Notes under the pieces: model-generated | The model's input: only the letters and a program-made list of their open reading frames with translations | Told to the model about the DNA's origin: nothing | Database searches by the model: none | Shown here: positions 47,089 through 57,057 of the stretch, in pieces | Layout of the letters: every line of letters begins with the position of its first letter | Position numbering within the stretch: the first letter of the stretch is position 1 | Assembly (NCBI GenBank): GCA_041653635.1 | Contig: JBAZFC010000001.1 | Coordinates: 433,723-497,722, forward strand | Direction of reading: 5' to 3' | DNA length: 64,000 nucleotides | DNA from: Candidatus Micrarchaeia archaeon | GTDB lineage: Archaea > Micrarchaeota > Micrarchaeia > Anstonellales > Bilamarchaeaceae | Position numbers and translations under genes: made by a program

Positions 47089-48408
47089 ATGGATTTGGGC
47101 AAGAGCCTTCGCGCTCTGATCAACAAGATTACCAACGCCCCAGTCGTAGACGAGGCGACGCTCAAATCCTTCATCAAGGAATTGCAGCGCATCCTGATTG
47201 CGTCCGATGTGAATGTTAAGCTCGTTTTCGAACTCTCAAAAAAGATAGAGAAGCGCGCGTCCGCGGGCGAAGTCCCCAAGGGGCTCACCATGCGCGAGCA
47301 TCTCCTGAAGGTGGTTTACGACGAGCTCGTATCCTTCATGGGCACCTCTTATGAGCCAAGGTTGGACAGGCACAAGGTGCTTCTGTGCGGCCTCTTCGGC
47401 TCAGGAAAAACAACCAGTTGCGCAAAGGTCGCTTATTTCTACAAGAAGAAGGGGATGAAAGTAGGGATGGTCGGCGCGGACGTTGAGCGCCCCGCAGCCC
47501 AGGAGCAGCTTGAGCAGCTTGCAGCCCAAATCGGAGTCAATTACTATACCATAAAAGGGGAGAAGGAAGCGTACAAGGTTGTGGAGGACGCCCTCAGCAA
47601 GAGCAAGGATGATATTCTAATAGTGGATTCCGCAGGAAGGAGCGCGTTTGATGCCCGCCTCGCAGATGAATTGAGCAACATAATCCGCGTGCTCAAGCCG
47701 GACGAATCTTACCTCGTGGTGAGCGGGGACATCGGCCAAATAGCCGGCAAGCAGGCAGAAGAATTCAACAAATTGACTCCGGTGACAGGAGTCCTCGTAA
47801 CAAAGATGGACGGGAGCGGAAAAGGGGGAGGCGCCCTCTCCGCGGTAGCCGCCACCGGCTCCAAAATCGCCTTCATCGGCGTGGGAGAAAAGATGGAGGA
47901 CCTCCAGGTCTATGATTCCGAAAGGTTCGTGGGCCGCCTCCTTGGCATCCCGGACATCCAGGGCCTGATGGAAAAAGTAAAGGAGATTTCCGAATCCGGC
48001 GAGATGCAGGCACCCGAGGAAGTGACCGAACTCACGGTTGATGTGTTCTACCAGCAATTGAAAGCGGCGAAGAAGCTCGGCCCATTAGACTCGGTATTCT
48101 CCATGATGGGGATGTCCGATGTCCCCCGCGAGATGATGGACCAGGGCCAGGACAAGCTGAAAAAGTATGAGTCCATAATATCATCCATGACAAAGGCGGA
48201 AAGGAAGGACGCCTCCCTAGTGCGCAAGAGCCGCGCCCGCATGGAGCGCATCGCGAAGGGCTCCGGCTGTGAACTGGAGGACGTTCGCCGCTTCCTCTCA
48301 GAATTCTCCAAGATGGAACAGATGTTCTCCCGTTTCCGCAAGGACCGCGGGCTGCGCAAAAAGCTTGAAAAGATGATGAAAGGCGGAAAGCTGCCTTTGG
48401 GCATGTAG
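47089..48408 (+). CDS. srp54: signal recognition particle protein SRP54
   Basis: GLFGSGKTT, DSAGR, TKMDGSGKGGG, Met-rich M domain with RIAKGSG. Confidence 0.96.
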   Translation: MDLGKSLRALINKITNAPVVDEATLKSFIKELQRILIASDVNVKLVFELSKKIEKRASAGEVPKGLTMREHLLKVVYDELVSFMGTSYEPRLDRHKVLLCGLFGSGKTTSCAKVAYFYKKKGMKVGMVGADVERPAAQEQLEQLAAQIGVNYYTIKGEKEAYKVVEDALSKSKDDILIVDSAGRSAFDARLADELSNIIRVLKPDESYLVVSGDIGQIAGKQAEEFNKLTPVTGVLVTKMDGSGKGGGALSAVAATGSKIAFIGVGEKMEDLQVYDSERFVGRLLGIPDIQGLMEKVKEISESGEMQAPEEVTELTVDVFYQQLKAAKKLGPLDSVFSMMGMSDVPREMMDQGQDKLKKYESIISSMTKAERKDASLVRKSRARMERIAKGSGCELEDVRRFLSEFSKMEQMFSRFRKDRGLRKKLEKMMKGGKLPLGM

Positions 48409-48459
48409 TTTTTAAGCCTTTCAGCATACAATCTATCCACTAATCCCTGAGGTTATGCC

Positions 48460-49071
48460 ATGTATTACAGGACGTCCGTAGAAGAGAAGGTAAGGCTTCC
48501 CCCAAAATTCCTGGTGATGAAGCTCACCGATGCGGTGACAAAGATGCTCCGCGAGAAGTACGAGAGGAGGATAATCCGGGACATGGGCCTGGTCATCGCC
48601 GTGGAAAATGTTGACGTGGGCGGGGACGGCACGGTCATCCCGGGCGACGGCGGCATCTACTACGATGCGAAGTTCGACGCCATCACATTCATGCCTTACG
48701 TGAACGAGGTGTTCAGCGGCGAGGTGAAGGAAGTGGTTGAGTTCGGCGCCTTCGCCTCCATAGGCCCGCTGGACGCGCTTATACACATCTCGCAGATAGG
48801 CAACGACAAGTACTCGTACGACAAGAAGAACAAGTCCCTCACAACCAGGAGGGGCTCGTCCGTGAAGAAGGGCGACAGGGTCGTAGTGAAGGTATCAACC
48901 GTCAGCATGAGGGCGACGACCTCGGACACCAAGATAGGGCTCACCATGCGCTCGGACGGCCTTGGCCCGGAGAAGGAGAAGCGCGCTGAAAAAGCGAAGG
49001 CGGGCAAGAAGCCGGCCGCAAAGGGCAAGGCAAAGGAAACCAAGGAAGAGAAGAAGGGTGAAGCGAAATGA
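48460..49071 (+). CDS. rpo7: RNA polymerase subunit Rpo7 (RpoE1)
   Basis: IPGDGG, FGAF..IGPLDALIHISQ, KIGLTMR. Confidence 0.95.
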   Translation: MYYRTSVEEKVRLPPKFLVMKLTDAVTKMLREKYERRIIRDMGLVIAVENVDVGGDGTVIPGDGGIYYDAKFDAITFMPYVNEVFSGEVKEVVEFGAFASIGPLDALIHISQIGNDKYSYDKKNKSLTTRRGSSVKKGDRVVVKVSTVSMRATTSDTKIGLTMRSDGLGPEKEKRAEKAKAGKKPAAKGKAKETKEEKKGEAK

Positions 49072-49250
49072 AGGTCTGCAGGGAATGCCGGTTCGTGGTT
49101 GAGGGCTCTGACAAGTGCCCGAAATGCGGCTCCGCCGAGCTCACTGACCGTTTCTCAGGCATGCTGATTGTGCTGGACCCGGAGAAGTCCGAAATCGCAA
49201 AAGTGGCGCAGGTAAATTCGGTGGGAAGATACGCGCTGAAGGTAAAATGA
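49068..49250 (+). CDS. spt4: transcription elongation factor Spt4 (RpoE2)
   Basis: CREC...CPKCG, DPEKSEIAK, GRYALKV. Confidence 0.95.
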   Translation: MKVCRECRFVVEGSDKCPKCGSAELTDRFSGMLIVLDPEKSEIAKVAQVNSVGRYALKVK

Positions 49251-49960
49251 AGTTCGTATCCGGCGCCGAAGCCGCCGTTGTGGAAGATTCACTAATCATC
49301 GCGGACCTGCACCTTGGGATGGAGCAGGAGCTTTTCCGCAGGGGAATCCGCATAGGCGATTTCACTGATTACCTGATTGACAAGACATTGCTTCTCCTCC
49401 GCGAAACAAAATGCAAAAAGCTAGTGATACTCGGCGACATAAAGGAGAACGTGGTCTCTCTTGAGGGGGAGGTGCGCCGCTATTTTGACTCCGTGCTTCC
49501 GCACGCATCCGTTACAGTTTGCAAAGGCAACCATGATGGGGATATAGAGAGGATAAGCGGAATAAAAATCGCCCCGCCCGAAGGAATCGTGCTGCACGGA
49601 ATAGGGATGCTGCACGGCCACGCGTGGCCAGCACCGGAACTCATGGAATGCAAAACAATCCTCATGGGGCACAACCATCCCCAGCTCACATTCTTTGAGG
49701 GCGGGAAAAAGGAGCCGCACCCGGTCTGGGTTTTCTGCGGGCCTGAAAAATCCGCAATAAGCAAAAAATATCCGTCGCACAACAAGAACCTCAAGCTCGT
49801 AATCATGCCATCCTTCAACCCGCTTTTGGGGAACGATATCGAGAGATTCGGGGGGCTCGGGCCGGTTTTTCGCAACAAGTTATTCCAGTGGAATAAGGCA
49901 ATTGTCTATACGCTTGGCGGAATTAAGCTGGGAACAGTGCGTGAAATAGCACGCACATGA
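49247..49960 (+). CDS. calcineurin-like metallophosphoesterase
   Basis: ADLHLG, LGDIK, GNHD, HGH, GHNHP, MPSFN. Confidence 0.9.
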   Translation: MKFVSGAEAAVVEDSLIIADLHLGMEQELFRRGIRIGDFTDYLIDKTLLLLRETKCKKLVILGDIKENVVSLEGEVRRYFDSVLPHASVTVCKGNHDGDIERISGIKIAPPEGIVLHGIGMLHGHAWPAPELMECKTILMGHNHPQLTFFEGGKKEPHPVWVFCGPEKSAISKKYPSHNKNLKLVIMPSFNPLLGNDIERFGGLGPVFRNKLFQWNKAIVYTLGGIKLGTVREIART

Positions 49961-50087
49961 CGCGCCATTTTTCATCGACGGCGGGCGCTCTTCCATACGG
50001 AACGAATTTAAAGCGTTATGAGTAATAGTCATACGTTCCACGGGACAAGGTTGTGAACGGTGGAAGAGATAACCAAGAGGTAATTGT

Positions 50088-50327
50088 ATGGGAAGCCGAA
50101 GGGGAAAAGACAAGCTTCTTTATTGCGAATCGTGCGGAAGGGCGGTCCCGCGGACGAAGGCGGTTGATTTCAACAAGAGGAGCGCCTACAGCACCGACCT
50201 GAGAGGGGAGGACAACGTTACTGCTTTTGCGGACCGTACTGTCTACTACTGCATAAGCTGCGCAAAGCACAGGAAAATTTTCGAGCGGAAGAAAGAGATC
50301 GCCGCGAGGAGGAGGACGAGGTTTTGA
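50088..50327 (+). CDS. rps26e: 30S ribosomal protein eS26
   Basis: CxxCGRAVPRxKA and YCISCAKH Zn motifs; basic termini. Confidence 0.85.
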   Translation: MGSRRGKDKLLYCESCGRAVPRTKAVDFNKRSAYSTDLRGEDNVTAFADRTVYYCISCAKHRKIFERKKEIAARRRTRF

Positions 50328-50328
50328 G

Positions 50329-50622
50329 ATGGACGACGTGGAGTTTTGCGGAAGGAAGTACAAAGCTTTCCAACAAACTCTGGGCAACCTCCCAATGATA
50401 GTCGTCAAGGCAAAGCGCGGATATATCGCATGCAGCTACATAAACAAGGATACCGCGGAGAGGGTGGGCGACATCGCCGCATTCGTTTCCGGTGTCAAGT
50501 GCGTCAGCGACATCTTTTCAGCCAAGGTAAAGGGAACCACCACATGGGCGGAAGACCTTGGCATACGCGAGGGCATGAGCGTGAAGAAGGCCCTAGAGCT
50601 CATGGACAGGGAAGAGGAATAA
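50329..50622 (+). CDS. YunC/DUF1805 family protein
   Basis: GYIACSY, AAFVSGV, LGIREGMS..KAL. Confidence 0.8.
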   Translation: MDDVEFCGRKYKAFQQTLGNLPMIVVKAKRGYIACSYINKDTAERVGDIAAFVSGVKCVSDIFSAKVKGTTTWAEDLGIREGMSVKKALELMDREEE

Positions 50623-50671
50623 GCCCGGATATATTTCTTTTTAATTTCTTCCCCCCACAGATAAGTTCCCA

Positions 50672-50755
50672 GCAGGGGTAGCCAAGTGGCCAACGGCGCG
50701 GGCTTCAGGAGCCCGTCTCTTAGTGGGTTCGGGGGTTCGAATCCCCTCCCCTGCA
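50672..50755 (+). tRNA. tRNA-Leu(CAG)
   Basis: GCAGGGG acceptor stem, CGGGC-TT-CAG-GA-GCCCG anticodon arm, long variable arm, GGTTCGAATCC, discriminator A. Confidence 0.96.
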
Positions 50756-50756
50756 T

Positions 50757-50854
50757 CTCCAAGAGGAAGAGGGGGGAACTCCCCCCTCCTCTCTTTAGGG
50801 TAATCATACCTCCCCCCACTTCTCATCGCAACCCTTTGCACGTACTCCTTACGC
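50757..50854 (+). repeat. dispersed hairpin repeat, copy B (behind tRNA-Leu)
   Basis: CTCCAAGAGGAAGAGGGGGG-AACT-CCCCCCTCCTCTCTTTAGGGTAATCATACCTCCCCCCAC...CTTTGCACGTACTCCTTACGC. Confidence 0.88.
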
Positions 50855-53434
50855 AATGGAAGGAAAACCCTTCCTTGAGCGCATCCCCATCCATTTCCGC
50901 ATCTCAAGATAAGCGAAGAGGAACACGCTGGTCCCCAGCACCACCGCCCAGTGCTCCAGCGCCAGCGGCTTGACCGCAAAGAGCACGTTCAGCTCCGGCA
51001 CATACAGAATCGCCAGGTGCATGCCCATGGTCAGCAACACAGTGAGCACTATCCATTTGTTCGCGAGAATCTCCCTCCACACCGGCCTTTCCAGGGACCT
51101 GCACGCGAACACCTTGGTCTTCTCCATCGCGACAAGCATCGTGAAAACCATGGTCTGCGCGAGCACCATGTCGCCGCCGCCCATAACCCATGCAAATGAG
51201 GCGAGAGTGGCGAATGTCATTATTATGGGCGACTCCACAAGGTACAATTCCATCCCGATCCATATGTTTTCATTCCTCTGCCTAGGCATCTTCTTCATCA
51301 CGTCCCCGCTTATGGGGTCCACCGCGAGCGCCACCGCGGGCAGGCCGTCCGTGACCAGGTTTATCCATAATATCTGTATCGCAACAAGGGGGAGGGGCAT
51401 CCCGAGCATCACCGCGAGGAATATGACCGCCACCTCCGCGATGTTCCCGGAAATCAAAAACGCCACCGTCTTCTTTATGTTCTCATAGATGCCGCGCCCC
51501 TCCTCCACCGCAGCAACGATTGTCGCAAAATTGTCATCAGCCAGCACCATGTCCGAGCTCTCCTTCGCGACCTCGGTGCCGGTTATGCCCATCGCCACCC
51601 CTATGTCCGCCTTCTTCAGGGCGGGCGCATCGTTCACCCCGTCCCCGGTCATCGCGACCACGTGCCCCCTCGCGTTGAGCGCATCAATTATCCTCAGCTT
51701 GTGCGCGGGCGATACCCGAGCATACACCGAAATGCCGTCCACTGCCCCAAGAAATTCCTCTTTCCCCATCGCGTCCAGCTCTTCCCCGGTGAGCACCTTC
51801 CCGTTGCCTATCCCCAGCTCCTCCGCGACCGCCTTGGCGGTGAGCGGATGGTCGCCCGTAATCATCACAACCCTTATCCCGGCGCCCCTGCACAGCCCGA
51901 CCGCCTCCTTCGCCTCTGGCCGCGGGCTGTCCATCATCGCCACTATGCCCACGAAGACCAGCGCCTTCTCCACGTCCCCCTTCTTCGTCTTCCCGTCAAT
52001 GTCCCGGTACGCGAGCGCGAGCGTCCTGTACCCCTTGGAGGTGAGGGAGTCGTTCTCCAGCATTATCGCCTCAGCCTCGCCCCTGCCCAGCGGCCTGCTT
52101 CCTCCCCGTGCCCAAATCCTGGCGCATTTCCCCAGCACCACTTCCGGCGCGCCCTTCGCATAAGCAATATGCTTGTTCCCGCTGCCCCTCACAGTTGTCA
52201 TCATCTTCCTGTCCGAATCAAACGGGAACTCAAACATCACCGGGTTCTCCCTTTCCAGTTCGTCCTTCCAAATCCCGCCTTTCGCCGCGAGGACGAGCAG
52301 CGCACCCTCCGTGGGGTCGCCGACCACTTCCCAGCCCTTCTTCTTTTCCAGCCAGGCGTTGTTGCACAGGGCCCCGATTTTCATCGCCAATTGCAGCCCC
52401 TCGTCCGCGCCCACCGCCTTCCCGCCAGACCTGAACTCGCCCCTCGGCTCATATCCCGAGCCGCCGACCTCGAAAACCTTCCCGCCTACCAGCACCCTCC
52501 GGACAGTCATCTCGTTCCGCGTCAGCGTCCCAGTCTTGTCCGTGCAGATGACGTCCGCGCACCCGAGCGTCTCCACCGATTTTAGTTTTTTCACTATCGC
52601 GTTCCGCCTGCTCATCCTCTGCACGCCCACGGCCAGCGTAATCACGACCACGGCGGGCAGTCCCTCCGGAATGGCAGCCACCGCGAGGCTCACCGAAGTA
52701 AGGAACATCCCCACCGGCTCGAATCCCCTCGCCAGCCCGGCGAGGAATATGAACGCGCAAAGCACGAGCACCCCCACCCCCAGCTGCCTGCCCATCCTGT
52801 CCAGGTCAACTTCCAGGGGAGTCCTCTCCTTCTGCACGGTCTGCACCATCTCGGTTATGCCGCCCATCCGGGTGGCCATCCCAGTCTTCTCAACGAGCAT
52901 CCTTCCCCTGCCCGCGACTATCACCGTTCCAGTCCATGCGCGGTCCTTCCCTGCCTCGTGCTTGTGCACAGGGACGCTCTCCCCGGTGAGCGCCGCCTCG
53001 TCCGCCGCAAGCCCGTACTGCTCCACCACCAATCCGTCCGCGGGCACGCGGTCCCCGGCCTCCAGCAGCACGATGTCGCCCGGCACGACCTCCCGCGCGT
53101 CTATGTTCGCCGCCTTCCCGTCCCTCAGCACGTTCGCTCGGGGCGAGACCATCCTCCTCAACGCCTCAAAGGATTTCTCCGCCTTGTACTCCTGCACGAA
53201 CCCGATTATCGCGTGCAGGAAAACAATCGCAAGTATCATTATCACATCCAGCCCCTCGCCCAGCAGTTGGGCGACTATCGCCGCCGCGATAAGGAGCAAA
53301 ACCAGGAAATCCGTGAACTGCCTCAGGAATTTGACCACTACGTGCTCCCCTTTTTTCTCCCGCAGCTCGTTGGGCCCGTATTTCCTGAAGAGCCTGGCAG
53401 CCTCAGCGCCGCTCAAGCCCGCATACCTTGCCAT
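50849..53434 (-). CDS. P-type cation (Ca2+-type, P2A) ATPase
   Basis: TGES, PEGL, DKTGTLT, MITGD, GDGVND, ILWINLVTDG. Confidence 0.95.
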   Translation of the reverse strand: MARYAGLSGAEAARLFRKYGPNELREKKGEHVVVKFLRQFTDFLVLLLIAAAIVAQLLGEGLDVIMILAIVFLHAIIGFVQEYKAEKSFEALRRMVSPRANVLRDGKAANIDAREVVPGDIVLLEAGDRVPADGLVVEQYGLAADEAALTGESVPVHKHEAGKDRAWTGTVIVAGRGRMLVEKTGMATRMGGITEMVQTVQKERTPLEVDLDRMGRQLGVGVLVLCAFIFLAGLARGFEPVGMFLTSVSLAVAAIPEGLPAVVVITLAVGVQRMSRRNAIVKKLKSVETLGCADVICTDKTGTLTRNEMTVRRVLVGGKVFEVGGSGYEPRGEFRSGGKAVGADEGLQLAMKIGALCNNAWLEKKKGWEVVGDPTEGALLVLAAKGGIWKDELERENPVMFEFPFDSDRKMMTTVRGSGNKHIAYAKGAPEVVLGKCARIWARGGSRPLGRGEAEAIMLENDSLTSKGYRTLALAYRDIDGKTKKGDVEKALVFVGIVAMMDSPRPEAKEAVGLCRGAGIRVVMITGDHPLTAKAVAEELGIGNGKVLTGEELDAMGKEEFLGAVDGISVYARVSPAHKLRIIDALNARGHVVAMTGDGVNDAPALKKADIGVAMGITGTEVAKESSDMVLADDNFATIVAAVEEGRGIYENIKKTVAFLISGNIAEVAVIFLAVMLGMPLPLVAIQILWINLVTDGLPAVALAVDPISGDVMKKMPRQRNENIWIGMELYLVESPIIMTFATLASFAWVMGGGDMVLAQTMVFTMLVAMEKTKVFACRSLERPVWREILANKWIVLTVLLTMGMHLAILYVPELNVLFAVKPLALEHWAVVLGTSVFLFAYLEMRKWMGMRSRKGFPSIA

Positions 53435-53501
53435 CGCTTTTTGTTCAGGCACGAGTTTTATAAACTCTTAGCTTTCAATTAGAGCAAAAAGGGTGCTGGT
53501 T

Positions 53502-54212
53502 ATGTATGGGGTTACGCCACAAGCTTATGACCGGGCAATAACAGTCTTCAGCCCGGACGGAAGGCTTTTCCAGGTAGAATATGCAAAAGAGGCAGTGAAG
53601 AGGGGCGCCACAGCGGTAGGCGTCTGCACGATGGACGCGGTCGCGCTGGTCGCATACAAAGCCGCGCATTCGCGCCTCGTGGTCCCGGAATCCATGCAGA
53701 AGATTTTTGACGTGGACAACCATGTCTGCGTCACCGCGAGCGGCCTGATTGCGGATGCGCGCCGCCTCGTGGACATAGCGCGGACGCACGCACAGAGGCA
53801 CAGCATGACCTTCAACGAGCCCGTGCCAACCGAGTCCATAGCAAAGCACGTTTGCGACCTCATGCAGTTATACACCCAATACGGGGGCATACGGCCCTTC
53901 GGCGTCTCCCTCCTCGTTGCGGGGGTGGGCAAGGGCGGCCCCGAGCTCTACGAGGCGGAGCCGAGCGGCGCCATGACAGGCTACTACGCGGATTCCGTGG
54001 GGAACGCGAAGAAGGAAGTGGACGAGCTCCTTGAGAAGAAGTTTGACAGGAAAATGGACATAAAGGACGCGATAGGCGTTGCGGTTGATGCGCTCAAGCA
54101 GACGAGCGAAACCAAGCTCACCGCGGACAACATAGAGGTGCGCTACGCAACGGTCGCATCACCCAAATTCGTCCCCATGACCGAGAAGGAAATCGCAAAA
54201 TACTTGAAATAG
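53502..54212 (+). CDS. psmA: proteasome alpha subunit
   Basis: YDRAITVFSPDGRLFQVEYA, RPFGVS. Confidence 0.97.
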   Translation: MYGVTPQAYDRAITVFSPDGRLFQVEYAKEAVKRGATAVGVCTMDAVALVAYKAAHSRLVVPESMQKIFDVDNHVCVTASGLIADARRLVDIARTHAQRHSMTFNEPVPTESIAKHVCDLMQLYTQYGGIRPFGVSLLVAGVGKGGPELYEAEPSGAMTGYYADSVGNAKKEVDELLEKKFDRKMDIKDAIGVAVDALKQTSETKLTADNIEVRYATVASPKFVPMTEKEIAKYLK

Positions 54213-54241
54213 ATTTTAGATTTCCAGATTAAGGCGCGCCC

Positions 54242-54340
54242 CTCCAAGAAGAAGAGGGGGGCGCCCCCTCCTCTCTTTAGGGTAATCATACCTCCCCCCC
54301 CCACTTCACTAGGGGGACGCTTTGCACGTACTCCTCACGC
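54242..54340 (+). repeat. dispersed hairpin repeat, copy C (psmA/pyrH convergent gap)
   Basis: Highly similar to copy B: CTCCAAGAAGAAGAGGGGGG-CG-CCCCCTCCTCTCTTTAGGGTAATCATACCTCCC...CTTTGCACGTACTCCTCACGC. Confidence 0.88.
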
Positions 54341-54352
54341 GCTTTTCTGCAA

Positions 54353-55036
54353 TCATTGCGAAGAAACAATAGTCCCGGCGTGCCTCTTTCCTTTTACTGC
54401 CTTTTCCAAATCCTTAACATTTTTCCCGCCCACAAAGTGCAGCTCTATCCCGCTCCTTTTCGCGAGCTTGCACGCCACCATGTCAAACACGAAATTAGTG
54501 CCCGGCGCCCTCTGGTCGTATTTCTGCGCCATCTCCAACAGTTGCGCGTGCGTCATCTTGTCAAATTTCTTCGCGGAGGGGTTGCCCTTCGGGTCCGAAT
54601 CGTAAATCCCGTCCACGTTGCTCAGATTGACCAATCTTTTTGCCCCGATTGCCTCCGCGAGCAATACGGAATCCGTGTCCGTAGTAATGCCTGGAATCGT
54701 CCCTCCCATCACCACAATCTTGTGCCCGCCCAGCGCGGCTGCCGCCTTTCCGAAGTCCCTGAACACCTTCGGGTGCGCCACATCCCGGAACAATGCGAGC
54801 ATGAGCTGTGCGTTCAATCTTGTCGCCGCCACAGCCGCTTCGTCCGCAACGAAATTGTTGCCGCAAAATTCCCGCGCGGCGGACGCATATTCCCTCGCAA
54901 CCTTCCCGCCTCCGGTGACAATCCCCAGCTCCTCGCCGCTTTTCATCACCATGTCCTTGAATTCCTTGAGGAACGCGTGGTCTATGCTGCCCGTACCGTT
55001 GATCAAGCTTCCCCCAAGAGAGATTACGACTGCCAT
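54353..55036 (-). CDS. pyrH: UMP kinase
   Basis: SLGGS, VTGGG..AR, PG.TTD, NVDGIY..DP. Confidence 0.93.
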   Translation of the reverse strand: MAVVISLGGSLINGTGSIDHAFLKEFKDMVMKSGEELGIVTGGGKVAREYASAAREFCGNNFVADEAAVAATRLNAQLMLALFRDVAHPKVFRDFGKAAAALGGHKIVVMGGTIPGITTDTDSVLLAEAIGAKRLVNLSNVDGIYDSDPKGNPSAKKFDKMTHAQLLEMAQKYDQRAPGTNFVFDMVACKLAKRSGIELHFVGGKNVKDLEKAVKGKRHAGTIVSSQ

Positions 55037-55086
55037 GCGCAGACATTAGTTCGTAAGTTTATAATGTTTTCAGTGCCCTGCGCAAA

Positions 55087-55989
55087 TCAAATCCTGCACG
55101 AAACCCCGTGCTTCAAATAGTATTTCTGGTGGTATTCCTCAGCAGGATAGAATTCGCCCGCAGGCACTATCTCCGTCACAATAGGATTTCTATGTTTCTT
55201 CCCCTCCCCCTCTTTGGATTCCCTCGCCTCCTTCTCCTGTTTTTTGGAATGGAAAAATATCACGGAGCGGTACTGCGTTCCAAAATCCGGCCCCTGCCTG
55301 TTCGGCGTAGTGGGGTCGTGCATCCTCCAGAAAACATCCAGCAATTGCTTATACGATACTTTTGATGGGTCAAACTCCACCCGCACGGATTCCGCATGCC
55401 CCGTCTTCCCGCCGTGCACTTCCCAGTAAGTAGGGTTCTTCGCAGTCCCTCCTGCATATCCCGCGGTGGTGGAAACCACGCCCTTCACGGCATCAAACTG
55501 CTCCTGCACGTGCCAGAAGCACCCAGCAGCAAAAGTAGCAATCTCAGTCTTCATCTCCCCAGCATACGGCTTCAGCGCAGCCGCATTTATGCAATACCTC
55601 TTCCCGGTGGGAGGCGGCCCGTCGTCAAACACATGCCCCAGGTGCGCCCCGCAACGGGCGCACAAAACCTCCTTCCTTTCCATAAAGAGGTCCTTATCCA
55701 CTTTTATCCGCACATTCAATTCAGATACCGGCTCCCAGAAGCTCGGCCACCCGGTGCCGGACTCAAACTTCCTGCCCACCTCAAACAAATCAGTCCCGCA
55801 GCACACGCACTGGTACAGCCCCCTTCCCAGAGGAACATCGCACTTGCCGGTGAAGGGCATTTCCGTCCCTTTCTTCCGTGTAATTTCAAACTGTTCCGGG
55901 GTGAGGATTTTCCTCCACTCCGCGTCCGCCTTCACTACTTCCGGCAATTCCTCAACCGCCTTCTTCCTGGCGTTGAAAATCCTTACCAT
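55087..55989 (-). CDS. msrBA: fused methionine sulfoxide reductase MsrB-MsrA
   Basis: [22 protein letters not shown], then GCFW, GHAE, AEEYHQ. Confidence 0.95.
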   Translation of the reverse strand: MVRIFNARKKAVEELPEVVKADAEWRKILTPEQFEITRKKGTEMPFTGKCDVPLGRGLYQCVCCGTDLFEVGRKFESGTGWPSFWEPVSELNVRIKVDKDLFMERKEVLCARCGAHLGHVFDDGPPPTGKRYCINAAALKPYAGEMKTEIATFAAGCFWHVQEQFDAVKGVVSTTAGYAGGTAKNPTYWEVHGGKTGHAESVRVEFDPSKVSYKQLLDVFWRMHDPTTPNRQGPDFGTQYRSVIFFHSKKQEKEARESKEGEGKKHRNPIVTEIVPAGEFYPAEEYHQKYYLKHGVSCRI

Positions 55990-55999
55990 GCAACCGCCC

Positions 56000-56497
56000 C
56001 TAGACCAGGACCTTCTTCATTATCTCGTTGTCCGTAAACAGTTTCGTGAAGGGTTTGATATAAGCCAAAAACTTGAGGGGCCTCACTATGTACATCCTTC
56101 CGTTCTTCCACAGGGGCTTGAACCCCAATCTATACACGACCATCTCGTCCGTCTTGGTGCATTTCCTGAAATAGACCGTTCCGTCCGCCCCTATCCCCCC
56201 CATTGAATCAAACAATCCCGCAAGGAAGGAAGCGCTGTACTCATTCTTGTACTTGAACCTCTCCCCCTCCTCCTCAACCGTCTTCTGGAAAAACCGCCTG
56301 TACGCCGTATTGTAGAAATAGACCGTGTCCTCCCCGCCCAATATCTTCCCGACTTCCGCAATCTTCGCCTTCATGCACACATCAGTAAAAACAGCAAGAA
56401 TCTCTTCGCTCCCGCTCACACCCAGCCCCGACGGGGCCCTCCTGTCCTTCCACAATCCTATAATATAGGATAATTCCGGGGTGAGCTTTACCTTCAT
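56000..56497 (-). CDS. stand-alone degenerate LAGLIDADG-like domain protein
   Basis: [12 protein letters not shown] and [12 protein letters not shown] helices. Confidence 0.65.
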   Translation of the reverse strand: MKVKLTPELSYIIGLWKDRRAPSGLGVSGSEEILAVFTDVCMKAKIAEVGKILGGEDTVYFYNTAYRRFFQKTVEEEGERFKYKNEYSASFLAGLFDSMGGIGADGTVYFRKCTKTDEMVVYRLGFKPLWKNGRMYIVRPLKFLAYIKPFTKLFTDNEIMKKVLV

Positions 56498-56982
56498 CCT
56501 TTTGCCCTCTTCCTTACCCTCTCCTCCTCTTCCTCTTCAAACTTAACAACCGGCACCTTCTTGGCCGGCACGAAGCCTCCGAGCCTCTGCGAGGTGCTCA
56601 TGTTTATGGAATTCAATATCTCGCCGGCGAGCAGGTCGTCCCTGTCGCCCTGCACGTTGTGCTTCAGTTTCTTTTCGGCGCTAAGCGGCACCCTCGCTTC
56701 GTTGAAAATCTGCTCCAGAAGCGTCTCATCCGCCTTCGTGAACGGCTCCTTCCCGTCCAATATCCTCGCGTGCGCCTTCTCCAGCACGCCCGCGAACCTG
56801 TTTATGTCCGCCTTGCTGGCGCCGCCCACCTTGAGCGCTGAAAGCAGCCCGGCCGCAAGCACCACGTTCCTCTTCTTGGTCCTGTTCAGCAGCCGGGAAA
56901 GCGTGCCCGCCTCCTTCGTGGAGAGCTTGCCCTTCACCGCCGCAAGAACCTTCGCGGAAAACCCTGAGAAATCCTCTGGCAT
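56494..56982 (-). CDS. hypothetical protein
   Basis: 4-nt overlap with the next gene; typical codon usage. Confidence 0.6.
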   Translation of the reverse strand: MPEDFSGFSAKVLAAVKGKLSTKEAGTLSRLLNRTKKRNVVLAAGLLSALKVGGASKADINRFAGVLEKAHARILDGKEPFTKADETLLEQIFNEARVPLSAEKKLKHNVQGDRDDLLAGEILNSINMSTSQRLGGFVPAKKVPVVKFEEEEEERVRKRAKG

Positions 56983-57057
56983 GGGCGTCTTTCTTTTCGC
57001 ACATTTATAAGATTTCCGGCGTGTGCGTTGCAGTCCGGCGGCGCGTTCCCGCCGCGC

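Noticed and set aside
56000..56497. Intein or mobile intron-encoded homing endonuclease
   Set aside because: No host gene, no Cys/Ser start or His-Asn end, and catalytic acidic residues are missing
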